Shown: positions 1 through 9,116, counted from the first letter of the stretch. The stretch is DNA of 64,000 bases from an uncultured Paenibacillus sp. (GCA_937895345.1 CALAWP010000011.1:24982-88981), one strand, 5' to 3'. Numbers and translations: made by a program. The notes: generated by a model not told the origin, from the sequence alone.

Positions 1-568
1 TTTCCTTGATGCCTTCGATGATGAAAATGGACAGCCAGGTAGACAACAGCAGCCCCATAATCGCCAGCAGCGAGCCTGCGATCAGCTCGACGGTCCATTC
101 CGCACCGATATATTGCATAAAACCGCCGAAAGAAAACGAAGCATAGATTAAGACCAAACTCATCAAAAGGGCGCCTATCCGTTCTTTCCGCTCCGGGCCG
201 GAAGCCTGAAACATTTGAATAAAACCGGACCACAAGGCGATAAACAGCAACAAGAAAACGACAAAGCTGATCGTTTCCCAGTTGCTGTCGAGCGCGGGAA
301 TTCTTAAACCGGCGTACAAAACGGACAATGCCAGCATCGCCCGGAAGCCTCCGTACAAGGACCCGATCAGCAACGGCACGACCCTGTAATCCAAGTCGAA
401 CTGGTACAGGCTTAACGAAGTAAGCATGCACAGCACGATGGATATACCGCTTGCGGCTGCGATAAACAGCTCGACGCCTTTCCAGCCGCGTTCTTTGTCG
501 TGCCACAACAGGAAGGCGAATACGGGCAATACGGAAAGGAAAAATTGCAGCAATAATTCCTTGAGCAC
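1..568 (-). CDS. Membrane sensor protein, N-terminal part only (5TM-5TMR_LYT-like; sporulation kinase KinB-like); runs off the window start
   Basis: Not in the ORF track. GTG at 568 with GGGAGG RBS at 579-584. The frame is open to the window edge: MLKELLLQFFLSVLPVFAFLLWHDKERGW...DYRVVPLLIGSLYGG...IIEGIKE. Several TM segments; the D-x-R-x-x-P...LYGG motif is typical of 5TM-LYT sensors. Confidence 0.65.
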   Translation of the reverse strand, partial: MLKELLLQFFLSVLPVFAFLLWHDKERGWKGVELFIAAASGISIVLCMLTSLSLYQFDLDYRVVPLLIGSLYGGFRAMLALSVLYAGLRIPALDSNWETISFVVFLLLFIALWSGFIQMFQASGPERKERIGALLMSLVLIYASFSFGGFMQYIGAEWTVELIAGSLLAIMGLLLSTWLSIFIIEGIKE

Positions 569-607
569 GGATCACAGGCCTCCCTTACTTGCCAGGATAA
601 ACATTCG

Positions 608-1444
608 TTATAACTGTCTGTTCACCCAATCTGATATATAGTCAATCGTTTCTAATCCTTCCGTATCGTTGTGCAGCTCGTGCAAGCCGCCTTCCCATGC
701 GCGCCATTCGCATTTGCCCGACAGTAGGCGGGCCAGCTGCTCGCTTGCATGCCAAGACGTAATCCGGTCCGCCGTGCCGTGCATCAGCAGCAGCGGCACT
801 TCCAACCGATCGGCATGCCGCAACGCCCATTCGCCCGCTGCTTGAAGATCCGTATACGTGCGCAGCGATATGCGCGTATGGCATAAAGGGTCGCCGACCA
901 CCGACCGCGATTCCGGACCGCCAGTCCGGTACAAGTCGGCCGGATCGAGTCCGGTGGACAAGGACAAGGAAGGCCATAAGGGCGCCAGCATTTTGCCCGC
1001 CCGTTCTTTCCACGCCGGAGGCTGGAACGCAAGCCGGAGCCACGGGCTGGTCACGATGAGTCCCCGAATCGGCGGCTTTCGTCTGATGGCGCAATTGAGC
1101 GCAATATTCCCTCCCATGCTGTGGCCGTACAAAAATACGGGCAGCTCCGGATGTCTGGAAGCTGACTCCAGAATAACCGTTTCCGTATCTTTTAGAGCGG
1201 CATCGAGAGAGCGAAGATGTCCTCGCTTTCCTTCCGAGCGTCCGTGTCCATAATGGTCGAAAGCGGTTACCAACAAGTTCGCGCGAGTCATCCGCTCCGC
1301 CGCAAACTCGTACCTTTCGCCATGTTCTCCGATGCCGTGCGCCAATACGACAACGGCTTTCGCCCCGGCACTCTCCGGCCGCCATTCGCGAACAAACAAG
1401 CTGGACTGCGCTTCGCCTTTCGTTTGCCACTCCGTCCTTTGCAT
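608..1444 (-). CDS. Alpha/beta hydrolase, lysophospholipase/monoacylglycerol lipase family
   Basis: HGIGEH, GHGRS, nucleophile GHSMGG, HGTADRIT and C-terminal HELHND motifs; AAGGAG RBS. Confidence 0.9.
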   Translation of the reverse strand: MQRTEWQTKGEAQSSLFVREWRPESAGAKAVVVLAHGIGEHGERYEFAAERMTRANLLVTAFDHYGHGRSEGKRGHLRSLDAALKDTETVILESASRHPELPVFLYGHSMGGNIALNCAIRRKPPIRGLIVTSPWLRLAFQPPAWKERAGKMLAPLWPSLSLSTGLDPADLYRTGGPESRSVVGDPLCHTRISLRTYTDLQAAGEWALRHADRLEVPLLLMHGTADRITSWHASEQLARLLSGKCEWRAWEGGLHELHNDTEGLETIDYISDWVNRQL

Positions 1445-1557
1445 GATAACGCTCCTTCCGGTGGAGAATCCTCATTAAATTCATTATACTGGAAAGCGGA
1501 AAGATTCATATATAGATTTATTAGGTGTTGACAAATTTAGCGAATAGGTGAACAAAC

Positions 1558-2829
1558 ATGAAATATGACGTCATCGTTGCAGGTGCGGGATCGGCCGGAC
1601 TGATGGCCGCTGCGGCAGCCGGCGAGCACGGCGCCAAGGTGCTTCTGCTCGACAAGGGCGACAAATTGGGCCGCAAGCTCGGCATATCGGGCGGCGGAAG
1701 ATGCAATGTGACCAACGCCAAAGAACTGGACGAGCTGATCCAGAACATTCCGGGAAACGGAAAATATTTATACAGCGCATTTGCGACGTTCAGCAATAAA
1801 CATATCGTCGCTTTCTTCGAAGAGCTTGGCATCCAGCTGCAGGAGGAAGACAACGGACGAATGTTTCCCGTCAGCGGCAAAGCCAAGACGGTCGTGGACG
1901 CGCTCGTCGGCAAAGTTCGTTCGCTCGGCGCGGAAATCCGCGTCAATAGTCCGATCGAACGGGTCATTTACCGGGACGGAAGAGCGGCGGGTGTCCGGCT
2001 GCGGACAGGCGAAACGATTGCGAGCAATGCGGTCATTGTGGCCGTCGGCGGCAAATCCGTTCCTCAAACCGGCTCTACCGGCGACGGTTACGCATGGGCC
2101 GAGGAAGCCGGCCATACGATCGTCGAGCTGTTTCCGACGGAAGTGCCGCTGACGTCGAAGGAACCTTTTATCGTGCGGAAGGAATTGCAGGGATTGTCGC
2201 TGCGCGGTGTGGAAATGTCCGTCTGGAACGCCAAAGGGAAACGAATCGTCCGGCATGAGGGCGATATGATCTTTACCCATTTCGGCATGTCGGGACCGAT
2301 TGCCCTTCGCTGCAGCCAGTTTGTCGTCAAGGAAAGAAAAAAGAACGGAGGCGGCGAGGTAGCCGTCCGGATCGATTTGAAGCCGGGAACGTCGGCGGAC
2401 GAGCTGTATGCCCATACGATGGAACTGTGCAAGCAAGAGTCCCGCAAAACGATCAAAAACGTCTTAAAGGGGTTCTTTCCGGAGCGAATGGTGCCTTTGC
2501 TGCTGGAGCGGACGGGGCTGAAGGAGGATATTACCTACGATCATATCCCGAAGCAACAGTGGATGGAGCTTATGCAAATCGCCAAAGCGTTTACGGTGAT
2601 GGTGAACGGCACGCTGTCGATCGAAGAAGCGTTCGTCACCGGCGGCGGAGTCAATCTAAAGGAAATCGATCCGAGGTCGATGCAGTCCAAGCTGATGGAC
2701 GGCCTCTATTTTTGCGGAGAAATTTTGGACATCCATGGGTATACGGGGGGATACAATATTACTGCCGCGTTCTCCACGGGCTATAACGCAGGCAAGCATG
2801 CCGCAGAAACGACGACCGGCGTCCGTTAA
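1558..2829 (+). CDS. ytfP: HI0933/YtfP/BaiN-family flavoprotein (NAD(P)/FAD oxidoreductase)
   Basis: GAGSAG FAD motif, [43 protein letters not shown]. Confidence 0.88.
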   Translation: MKYDVIVAGAGSAGLMAAAAAGEHGAKVLLLDKGDKLGRKLGISGGGRCNVTNAKELDELIQNIPGNGKYLYSAFATFSNKHIVAFFEELGIQLQEEDNGRMFPVSGKAKTVVDALVGKVRSLGAEIRVNSPIERVIYRDGRAAGVRLRTGETIASNAVIVAVGGKSVPQTGSTGDGYAWAEEAGHTIVELFPTEVPLTSKEPFIVRKELQGLSLRGVEMSVWNAKGKRIVRHEGDMIFTHFGMSGPIALRCSQFVVKERKKNGGGEVAVRIDLKPGTSADELYAHTMELCKQESRKTIKNVLKGFFPERMVPLLLERTGLKEDITYDHIPKQQWMELMQIAKAFTVMVNGTLSIEEAFVTGGGVNLKEIDPRSMQSKLMDGLYFCGEILDIHGYTGGYNITAAFSTGYNAGKHAAETTTGVR

Positions 2830-3410
2830 GCGTCCTGGACCGTTCGATGAGCCTCCGTCACAGCGACTCGAGCTCACTTTAAGAGCCTGCGTTAAGCGTC
2901 CCGGGCCGCTCTATGATGCTACATCAAAGCAGCCCGGACTGCTACAAGATCCCATTATGCGGCCCGAGCCTGCTCTATGATGCTAATTCAGAGCGGCCCG
3001 GGCTGTCTCACGAATCCCGTTATGCAGCCCGAGCTTGCTCTCTGTTGCTACGTCAGTGCGGCACGAACTGCCTCACGATCCCCGTTATGCGGCCCGAGCC
3101 TGCTCTATGATGCTACGTCGTGCGGCCTGAGCTGCCTCACGATCCCCGTTATGCGGCCCGAGCCCGTGGCTAGATGCTACGTCAGTGCGGCACGAACTGC
3201 CTCACGATCCCCGTTATGCGGCCCGAGCCCGTGGCTAGATGCTACGTCAGTGCGGCACGAGCTGCTTCACGATCACCGTTATGCGGCCCGAGCCTGTGGC
3301 TAGATGCTACGTCAGTGCGGCACGAGCTGCTTCACGATCACCGTTATGTGGCCCGAGCCTGCTCTATGATGCTACGTCGTGCGGCCTAAGCTGCCTCACG
3401 ATCCCCGTTG
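2824..3410. repeat. Tandem array of about 9 units of 63-66 bp (mostly 64-65), non-coding
   Basis: Unit starts at 2824, 2890, 2953, 3018, 3083, 3147, 3212, 3277, 3342 (partial at 3406). Consensus CGTTATGCGGCCCGAGCC(TGCTCTAT/CGTGGCTA)GATGCTACGTCAGTGCGGCACGARCTGCCTCACGATCCC. Confidence 0.92.
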
Positions 3411-3470
3411 CAGCCGAACCGCTCACGATCCGAATGCTCGGGCCGGGCTAAGGCCGTGTTCGAGACGAGA

Positions 3471-3875
3471 CTAGATACGAACATCGCCCGAAAAGTAACT
3501 GTAAGATTTGGCGTCAGGATCGAACAAATCCGGGTCGTAGCCGTCCTCGTCCCGGTTGGCCAGTCCGAGTTCCGTCTCCTCCTGGGCGGCGATCCAATCT
3601 TCATTGACAACATGCGCCGGAATATGGATGGAATCCAACTCGTAGGCCGTATTGGTCAATCTCTCTTCCTGAAGCTCGGACTGCTCCATCAGCTTCCCGC
3701 CGTTCGCCTGCGCAATTTCAAGCGCAGAAGCCAGATCGTTTCCGTCTACATGAATATGCACCCGGTTCTCGCCGTGGCCAACGGGATCGTAGCCAAGCTC
3801 CTGCAGCAAATCGTAAGCGATTGCCGCGCTTCTATCGTCCTGAAACTGGAACATGATCGCTGCATGCTGGGACAT
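3471..3875 (-). CDS. Hypothetical acidic protein (134 aa)
   Basis: AAGGAAGA purine tract upstream; natural-looking composition with a strongly acidic C-terminus; no recognised motif. Confidence 0.7.
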   Translation of the reverse strand: MSQHAAIMFQFQDDRSAAIAYDLLQELGYDPVGHGENRVHIHVDGNDLASALEIAQANGGKLMEQSELQEERLTNTAYELDSIHIPAHVVNEDWIAAQEETELGLANRDEDGYDPDLFDPDAKSYSYFSGDVRI

Positions 3876-4056
3876 CTGCGTTCTTCCTTTCTTGGTGCGC
3901 GATGTTCGGCAAGCGCCCGGGCGGACGATCCTTCCCCTCCACGCCCGTTCGCTTGCCGCCTACCGTATAGGATGGCAACTTTGGAGCAAAGTTACTCCAT
4001 TAAGCTTCCATCCTCCGGCCGCCCGCTTTTCCTGGACGCTCGAAGTTCGTTTGGCG

Positions 4057-5052
4057 CGCTCTAAGGTCACGCATGAACTTGCATCGTCCTCCACTGCCGA
4101 TTCTGCTCGCTCTAAGGTCGCGCATGAACTTGCATCGTCCTCCACTGCCGATTCTGCTCGCTCTAAGGTCGTGCACGAACTTACATCGCCCTCCACCAGC
4201 CGTTTGGCACGCTCCAAGGTCGCGCATGAACTTACATCGTCCTCCGCTGCCGATACTGCTCGCTCTAAGGTCGCGCATGAACTTGCATCGTCCTCCACTG
4301 CCGATTCTGCTCGCTCTAAGGTCGCGCATGAACTTGCATCGTCCTCCACTGCCGATTCTGCTCGCTCTAAGGTCGTGCACGAACTTACTTCGCCCTCCGC
4401 CAGCCGTTTGGCCGCTCCAAGGTCGCGCATGAACTTACATCGTCCTCCGCCAGCCGTTTGGCACGCTCCAAGGTCGCGCATGAACTTACATCGTCCTCCG
4501 CTGCCGATTCTGCTCGCTCTAAGGTCGTGCATGAACTTACATCGTCCTCCGCCAGCCGTTTGGCACGCTCTAAGGTCGCGTATAAACTTACTTCGCCCTC
4601 TGCTGCCGATTCTGCTCGCTCTAAGGTCGTGCATGAACTTACTTCGCCCTCTGCTACCGATTCTGCTCGCTCTAAGGTCGTGCATGAACTTACATCGTCC
4701 TCCGCCAGCCGTTTGACACGCTCTAAGGTCGCGCATGAACTTGCATCGTCCTCCACTGCCGACTCTGCTCGCTCTAAGGTCGCGCATGAACTTATATCGC
4801 CCTCCGCCAGCCGTTTGACACGCTCTAAGGTCGTGCATGAACTTACATCGTCCTCCGCTGCCGATTCTGCTCGCTCCAAGGTCGTGCATGAACTTGCATC
4901 GTCCTCCACTGCCGACTCTGCTCGCTCCAAGGTCGCGCACGAACTTACATCGCCCTCTGCTACCGATTCTGCTCGCTCCAAGGTCGTGCATGAACTTATA
5001 TCGACCTCCGCCGCCGATTCTGCTCCCTCTAAGTCGCGCATGAACTTGCAAC
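4057..5052. repeat. 51-bp tandem array, 20 copies (last partial)
   Basis: Unit starts at 4057, 4108, 4159, 4210, 4261, 4312, 4363, 4413, 4464 ... 4974, 5025. Consensus CGCTCYAAGGTCGYGCAYGAACTTRCATCGYCCTCYRCT-GCCGATTCTGCT, with alternative 3' end C-AGCCGTTTGRCA. The unit at 4363 is 50 bp. Confidence 0.97.
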
Positions 5053-5082
5053 GCTCTGCGCTGCCTTTCCGCTCGTTCAACC

Positions 5083-5757
5083 TTACAACCTTGTGCCATA
5101 TAGCAGATCTTGCACCGCATCCCTGGAAATTTCGTAAAAATGCCGGCGCTGCCCAGACGTTTGGTCAGGCAATACCAGCCCTCTCTCTTCCAACTTTTGG
5201 AGCACTCTCATACTGTTTACTCTGCCTGCCTTCAAAAAACTTTTCACTTCCTTCAGCCGAAAAGGGCGGTTTAACCGCAACGCGTGCAACAGCAATTCTC
5301 TTTCATGCAAGGAGAACTCCTCCCCCTCACTCCTCTGTCCAAACTTCCCCAGCAACTCGTAAACCGAAGCCTGGCAAGCTTCTTTTTTCTTATCGAGCTC
5401 GTCCCAACTGAAAGGAATGTAAACATACCGGCGACTGGCGATCGTCCGCACCCTGCTCCTTTCAAAGCTGAAGCGGTCCCGCGTGATGTTTTCCGCATGG
5501 TATGCATAACCCTCGCTCTCGAATGCGAGCCCTAACGGTTCATAAAATGCATCGATAAAAATCGAAAATCCGCCCGTATTGACGATTTCATACTCCAAAA
5601 TGAATCCATGAAAGCTTTTAAATACGGGCCACAGCACCTCGCTGAACATTTTACGTTCGCCGGTCAAATCCTTTTGCAGCATTTCCAGCCTCCGGCCCCT
5701 GGCCGTTTTCTTTTGTTCCAGCAAAAAAGCATTAAACTCCACATCGAAGTTCGGCAT
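5083..5757 (-). CDS. Putative Vsr/DUF559-like PD-(D/E)XK endonuclease domain fused to a C-terminal winged helix
   Basis: GGAGGG RBS then ATG at 5757. The pattern LEYEI..IFIDAF..LAFESEG..YH..ERSR..YIPFSWDEL parallels the Vsr/DUF559 E..D..ExxG..H core. C-terminal FRLKEVKSFL..RVLQKLEERGLV is wHTH-like. GC is about 42-47% in sampled lines, below the flanking genes. Confidence 0.6.
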   Translation of the reverse strand: MPNFDVEFNAFLLEQKKTARGRRLEMLQKDLTGERKMFSEVLWPVFKSFHGFILEYEIVNTGGFSIFIDAFYEPLGLAFESEGYAYHAENITRDRFSFERSRVRTIASRRYVYIPFSWDELDKKKEACQASVYELLGKFGQRSEGEEFSLHERELLLHALRLNRPFRLKEVKSFLKAGRVNSMRVLQKLEERGLVLPDQTSGQRRHFYEISRDAVQDLLYGTRL

Positions 5758-5799
5758 ATCCAGCATCCCTCCAAACTAATGAAATGTGCGAGCTCCGCG

Positions 5800-5845
5800 A
5801 AACAAAAAAGCGCCGACCATCCCTCCACAGAGAGACAATCGGCGC
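5800..5845 (-). terminator. Intrinsic terminator between xylB and the nuclease gene
   Basis: Minus strand GCGCCGA-N22-TCGGCGC followed by TTTTTTGTTT. Confidence 0.7.
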
Positions 5846-5929
5846 ATGCTTTGCGCGTAACTGGCGACTGATAAAAGTATAACTCAACTTGCGTCACAAC
5901 GGAACTGCATATTCTGTGATCCGCGCGGG

Positions 5930-6075
5930 CCTGGAACGGTTCCCTTGACGATATCCGGCCTACCCCCGGAACAGTTCGTTCGCTTCGACGGTTTCCGCCC
6001 CTGGAACGGTTCAATCGCTTCGATCGGCCTGACGATATCCGGTCTATCCCCTGAACGGAGCGATCGCTTCGTTCA
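5930..6075. repeat. Degenerate direct repeats overlapping the xylB 3' end
   Basis: TGACGATATCCGG(C/T)CTA(C/T)CCC at 5946 and 6030. CCYGGAACRGTTC..TCGCTTCG-like motifs at about 5930, 5965, 6000 and 6050. Confidence 0.7.
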
Positions 6076-7540
6076 AACCGCGAGTGGCGGCGTACACTTG
6101 CTGGTAGACGCGGAAGATCGCTTCGTATTGCTTGACGGCTTCCGGATTCGGCTTGTAGCTGTCCGCATGCTTGACGAAGCGCTCGGCGCAGGCTTCGAGG
6201 CTGTCATACCAGCCGCAGCCGTAAGCGGCGAGCATCGCGGCGCCGAGACCCGGTCCTTGCTCGTTCTCCAGCGACACGACTTCGGCGTTGAAAATATCGG
6301 CTTGCATTTGCAGCCAGTCCGGATTTTGCGCGCCGCCTCCGATGGAGACGATCTTGTCGACGGTTTTGCCAGCGCTGCGGAACATATCGACGGACTCGTT
6401 CAAGGAGAACGTGATGCCTTCCATCACCGCCCGGGCAAAATGAACCCGTTTATGCGAGCCGTCGATGCCGATAAAGCTCGCCCGAATCGTAGAATCGGCA
6501 TGAGGCGTACGTTCTCCGACCAGATAAGGCGTAAACAGCAGCCCGTTCGAGCCCGGCGACACTTCACCTACGCCTGCCAACAGCTCGCCGAACGACTCGC
6601 CCGCCGCAAACGTATTTTTGAACCAGCTCAGGCTGTAGCCGGCGGCGAGCGTGACGCCCATCGCATAAAACGCATTTTCCTTGCCATGGTTGAAGAAATG
6701 CACTTTGCCCCGGTAATCCTTCTCGCGGTCCTCTTCATACGACAAAATAACGCCTGAGGTGCCGATGCTGCAAAGCGTCAGCCCTTCCGACAAAATTCCC
6801 GCGCCGATGGCGCCGCAAGCGTTGTCGGCGCCGCCCGCAAACACTTTAACGGAAGCCGCAAGTCCCGTTTTCGCCGCCAGCTCGGGCAGCAGCGTGCCTG
6901 TCAGCCCATGCGACTCGACAAGCGGAGGGCAGAAGCTGTCTGGCAAATCGAACGCGCGCAGCACGTCGCCGCTCCACGTTTTGCCGGCGACATCCAGCAG
7001 CAGCGTGCCGGCCGCATCGGAATAATCCATATGAAGCTGTCCGGTCAGCCGGTAACGCACATAATCCTTCGGCAGCAGGAACAGCTTCGCTTTCGCGAAC
7101 AGCTCCGGCTCATGTTGGCGCACCCACAATATTTTGGGCAGCGTGAAGCCTTCGAGCGCCGGATTGCGCGTGACCGACAGCAGCTTGTCGCCAAGCGTCC
7201 GTTCGATCTCGCGGCATTGTTCCGTCGTGCGCGTATCGTTCCATAGGATCGCGTTGCGCACAGGATTGCCCGCATCGTCCAGCAGCACGAGGCCGTGCAT
7301 TTGGCCGGAAAAACTGATGCCTTCAATTCGAGAAGCGTCGATTCCTTCGGCCGCCGCCGCTTCGGCCAGAGCCTCCAGCGTCGCGTCTACCCAATCGTCC
7401 GGCCTCTGTTCGCTCCAGCCGGAATGCTCGTGAAACAACGGATAGCTGCGGGACGCCTCCGCCGCCACTTTGCCGTCCTTGGCCACAAGCAGCACTTTGA
7501 CCGCGCTTGTTCCCAAGTCAATACCTGCAACATAACTCAT
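6044..7540 (-). CDS. xylB: Xylulokinase
   Basis: FGGY kinase motifs GIDLGTSAVK, SGQMHG, ILWNDTRT, GGADNA, PYLVGERTP; downstream of xylA. Confidence 0.95.
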   Translation of the reverse strand: MSYVAGIDLGTSAVKVLLVAKDGKVAAEASRSYPLFHEHSGWSEQRPDDWVDATLEALAEAAAAEGIDASRIEGISFSGQMHGLVLLDDAGNPVRNAILWNDTRTTEQCREIERTLGDKLLSVTRNPALEGFTLPKILWVRQHEPELFAKAKLFLLPKDYVRYRLTGQLHMDYSDAAGTLLLDVAGKTWSGDVLRAFDLPDSFCPPLVESHGLTGTLLPELAAKTGLAASVKVFAGGADNACGAIGAGILSEGLTLCSIGTSGVILSYEEDREKDYRGKVHFFNHGKENAFYAMGVTLAAGYSLSWFKNTFAAGESFGELLAGVGEVSPGSNGLLFTPYLVGERTPHADSTIRASFIGIDGSHKRVHFARAVMEGITFSLNESVDMFRSAGKTVDKIVSIGGGAQNPDWLQMQADIFNAEVVSLENEQGPGLGAAMLAAYGCGWYDSLEACAERFVKHADSYKPNPEAVKQYEAIFRVYQQVYAATRGLNEAIAPFRG

Positions 7541-7574
7541 CGCTTTGGCCTGCCCCTCTCCTGTTTAGATGCCA

Positions 7575-7726
7575 AGCATGCCGCGATCGCTGCATGTCCG
7601 TGGCATGCTGATCGCGGCATGTTTCTTGCACGCGGAGTTCAGTCCCCGCATAGGTTGCGTGTGTTGCCTTCTTGCACGCGGGAGTTCAGTCCCCGCATAG
7701 GCTGCGCGTGTTGCCTTCTTGCACGC
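7575..7726. repeat. Inverted repeat plus 2.2 copies of a 46-47 bp palindromic direct repeat in the xylA-xylB spacer
   Basis: AAGCATGCCGCGATC...GATCGCGGCATGTTT at about 7575-7624. TTCTTGCACGCG(G)GAGTTCAGTCCCCGCATAGG(T/C)TGCG(T/C)GTGTTGCC starts at 7623, 7669 and 7716 (partial). Confidence 0.85.
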
Positions 7727-7755
7727 CGAGATTGGCATGCGGATCGTCGTACTCG

Positions 7756-9069
7756 TTATACGCTGAAAATAACTTCGCTCAGCTTCAGGCGGATATTTTC
7801 TTGGCGGCCGGATTTGTTGACAATCGGCGGATTCGTCAAAATGTATTGCTCCAGCGATTTCAGCGTCGCTTTGCCGGCCACGATATCGGCGCCGATGCCT
7901 TCTTTGAACGTGGCGTAACGATCTTCCACGATGCTGTCGAGAATTTTTTCTTCGATCAGCTTGGCTGCGGCTTTCAAGCCCCATGCAAAGCTGTCCATGC
8001 CCGCGATGTGCGCCAGCACGAGATCGTCCATCTCGAACGAACCGCGGCGTACTTTGGCGTCGAAGTTGACGCCGCCGCGGCCCAGGCCGCCCGCTTTGAC
8101 AACCTCGTACATCGTCAATGTCGTAGAGTACAGATCCGTTGGGAATTCGTCCGTATCCCAGCCGAGCAGCAAATCGCCCTGGTTCGCGTCGAGCGAGCCC
8201 AGCATGCCGTTGATGGCGGCCGTGCGGATTTCGTGCTCGAACGTATGGCCGGCCAGCGTCGCATGGTTCGCTTCCAGGTTCAGCTTGAAATGATCCTTCA
8301 AGCCGTATTTTTGCAGGAACGAAATCGTCGTCGCCGCATCGAAGTCGTATTGATGCTTCGTCGGCTCTTTTGGCTTAGGCTCGATCAGGAATTGCGCGTC
8401 GAAGCCGATTTCCTTCGCATATTCGATCGCCATATGGTAAAGGCGGGCCAGGTTGTCGAGCTCCAGCGCCATATCGGTGTTGAGCAGCGTTTCGTAGCCT
8501 TCGCGGCCGCCCCAGAATACGTAGTTTTCGGCGCCCAGCTCCTTGCCGACCTCAAGACCTTTTTTCAGTTGAGCCGCGGCGTAAGCGTATACGTTGGCGT
8601 TGACGGCCGTGCCGGCGCCGTGCACGTAACGCGGATTCGAAAACATGTTGACCGTGTTCCAGAGCAGCTTTTTGCCCGTTTGCTTCATGTAGTCTTTCAG
8701 CATCGCAACGATAACGTCCAGGTTTTTGTTCGTTTCCTGCAGCGTTTCGCCTTCAGGAGCAATGTCGACGTCATGGAAGCAGTAGAACGGAATGTTCAGC
8801 TTCTCCATAAATTCAAAGTTCGCTTCTACGCGCGCCTTGGAGCGGTCCAGGCCGTCGTATTTGTCCCAGCTGCGAACCATCGTGCCTACGCCGAACGGAT
8901 CCGTGCCGTTCGCGTTGAACGTATGCCAGTAGGCGACGGCGAAACGAAGATGCTCCTCCATCGTCTTGCCCAATACGACCGCGCTTGGATCGTAATGCTT
9001 GAACGCAAACGGATTATTGGAGCCTTTGCCTTCGAATTGGATCTTGTCGATGCCTTGGAAATAACTCAT
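7756..9069 (-). CDS. xylA: Xylose isomerase (class II)
   Basis: [56 protein letters not shown]. Confidence 0.97.
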   Translation of the reverse strand: MSYFQGIDKIQFEGKGSNNPFAFKHYDPSAVVLGKTMEEHLRFAVAYWHTFNANGTDPFGVGTMVRSWDKYDGLDRSKARVEANFEFMEKLNIPFYCFHDVDIAPEGETLQETNKNLDVIVAMLKDYMKQTGKKLLWNTVNMFSNPRYVHGAGTAVNANVYAYAAAQLKKGLEVGKELGAENYVFWGGREGYETLLNTDMALELDNLARLYHMAIEYAKEIGFDAQFLIEPKPKEPTKHQYDFDAATTISFLQKYGLKDHFKLNLEANHATLAGHTFEHEIRTAAINGMLGSLDANQGDLLLGWDTDEFPTDLYSTTLTMYEVVKAGGLGRGGVNFDAKVRRGSFEMDDLVLAHIAGMDSFAWGLKAAAKLIEEKILDSIVEDRYATFKEGIGADIVAGKATLKSLEQYILTNPPIVNKSGRQENIRLKLSEVIFSV

Positions 9070-9102
9070 GTTTTCAATATCCTCCTTTGGATCTTGGATA
9101 AA

Positions 9103-9116
9103 TGGAATGCGCTTAC
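9103..9116 (-). promoter_or_regulatory. cre-like (CcpA) site in the xylA leader
   Basis: Minus strand GTAAGCGCATTCCA, close to the TGWAANCGNTNWCA consensus. Confidence 0.55.

Noticed and set aside
2824-3410. 64/65-bp array as CRISPR, and the short ORFs 2913-3451 within it
   Set aside because: There are no unique spacers. The ORFs shift frame with each unit and are by-products of the repeat.
4057-5052. 51-bp array as a CRISPR or TIGR-like guide array
   Set aside because: Units are contiguous with only biallelic variation and no unique spacers. No cas genes or leader are present.
3853-5411. Long ORFs 3853-4716, 3960-5120, 4073-4432 and 4458-5411 as genes
   Set aside because: A 51-bp unit that is stop-free in several frames gives long ORFs automatically. 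They lack an RBS and change repeat register at the 1-nt deletion. Only the frame coupled to the nuclease stop is kept, as a possibility.
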